Assembly (NCBI GenBank): GCA_028534125.1
Contig: CM052818.1
Coordinates: forward strand, 27,220,001-27,284,000
DNA: 64,000 bases
DNA from: Lama glama
Lineage: Eukaryota
Direction: 5' to 3'
Positions 62,947 to 64,000 of the stretch are shown one piece after another (within the stretch, counting starts at the first letter, position 1; the number at the start of each line of letters is the position of its first letter). The translations under genes were made by a program, and so were the position numbers. The notes beneath the pieces are model-generated. The model was not told the origin of the DNA and did not search any database. It was given only the letters and a program-made list of their open reading frames with translations.

Positions 62947-63474
62947 AATACTCTTTGTACATATGCAGTGCTAGTCACTTACTACTTTTGGATCTTAACT
63001 TATTAAATGTCACCGATTTGAGAAGGTGGGCATTATGCACATTTTAGCAATTCCTCTGTTTAACATTCTCAAAGTATCTTACTGCCCTAATACATTTTGA
63101 ATAATTTTATTTATGTTATTTATCAGTAACTTCTTTCACATTTTATGAAGACAAAGATAACTTTCACACTAGCAAAGTCACTGGGAATACTCTGGTGCAG
63201 CAGGACTGTCTTGAGTTTGAGATGGAGAGTTAAGAAAAAACAAAAAGAGGCAGAAAGAAACGTCTCTCTTTTTGTTCCTGGTCACCTCAAGTGCGAGGCA
63301 CACTGACTGCACAAGTATGTGGTCGACAGGAGGGAATGGACTTCGGAAACAGGCTGCGAGGTCCTCCTGCCTGGCTCCTGGTTATGGGTGTGGCACAGTC
63401 CCACACGGGGCTCAACCAGGCCTGCTGGCCACAGAGTGACAGGCGCAGCCATGGCCTCCCTGCCCGCCGGTTAC

Positions 63475-63690
63475 CTGGACACTGAGGGCAGCAGGAGTCC
63501 TGGGTGCGCGAGGGGTTCTGGCAGAGCAGCGGCGGGCACACCTCCGTCTCACACAGCACCCGGCCGCTGTGGCAGGTGCACTGAGTACAGGTGTCGATGT
63601 GCCACGTTTCTCCCTCCACAAAGTACTCTCCCCCAGGGGCGTGGCAAATGGAGGGGGTGCTGAGCTCTGGCTTCTGCACCACAAAGTCAT
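63475..63690 (-). CDS. CRIM1: CRIM1 VWC exon (216 nt): DDFVVQKPELSTPSICHAPGGEYFVEGETWHIDTCTQCTCHSGRVLCETEVCPPLLCQNPSRTQDSCCPQCP
   Basis: VWC cysteine pattern. Acceptor tttccccag and donor gtaacc on -. The gene continues beyond the window end. Confidence 0.97.
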
Positions 63691-64000
63691 CTGGGGAAAC
63701 GACACAAAACCAAAACGCAAGAAATTATTCATCTGCAGTCTTGTCAGCTCTTGAAGAACACGGTGCTGTGGGCTTTACGGGACAGAGAAGATGAACTGGC
63801 TGTAGAGTCTCTCTCTCTGTTCCTATCAAGAGAACAGGGAAGAAAACATCCCATGCATAGAAATAGAAGGCAGCAGCGGAAGAGCTAGCTTCAGGAAGTG
63901 AGGTTCAAGTGGTTCCAGTTTGTCAACAGTAATGAGAGAACTAAATGAGAGAATTAAATTACAGGGACTCCTACTGTTGAAGAGAACAGGGGCCTCATAG

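Noticed and set aside
1..64000. tRNA, rRNA, snoRNA, miRNA genes, CRISPR arrays or prokaryote-type systems
   Set aside because: None recognisable by eye. The window is eukaryotic exon/intron sequence and the short direct repeats have only two copies. An Rfam/Infernal scan would be needed to exclude small ncRNAs.

Overview
Mammalian genomic DNA, most likely a camelid (inferred from artiodactyl-type L1 3' tails and no recognisable Alu, Bov-tA/BovB, PRE-1, CHR-2 or CanSINE copies). It holds the convergent 3' ends of two genes. FEZ2 is on the + strand: six coding exons including an 81-nt cassette exon, ending VLCPT-stop at 27028, with polyA signals near 27.93-27.96 kb. CRIM1 is on the - strand: its last six coding exons (three VWC exons, linker, transmembrane exon, cytoplasmic tail), stop at 31460, and a ~2.4-kb AU-rich 3'UTR with a polyA signal at 29101. 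All splice sites are GT-AG and the reading phases join correctly. A full-length RPS24 processed pseudogene with target-site duplications sits inside an old L1 in a CRIM1 intron. The rest is intron with L1, L2, MIR, LTR and hAT remnants, microsatellites and one 100-N gap. I found no convincing new biological system. The most unusual signals are the strong AT-to-GC decay of the RPS24 retrocopy, a 314-codon antisense ORF across a FEZ2 exon, and several candidate alternative splicing events. Repeat subfamily names, exon numbers and comparisons with orthologues come from memory, not from database searches.
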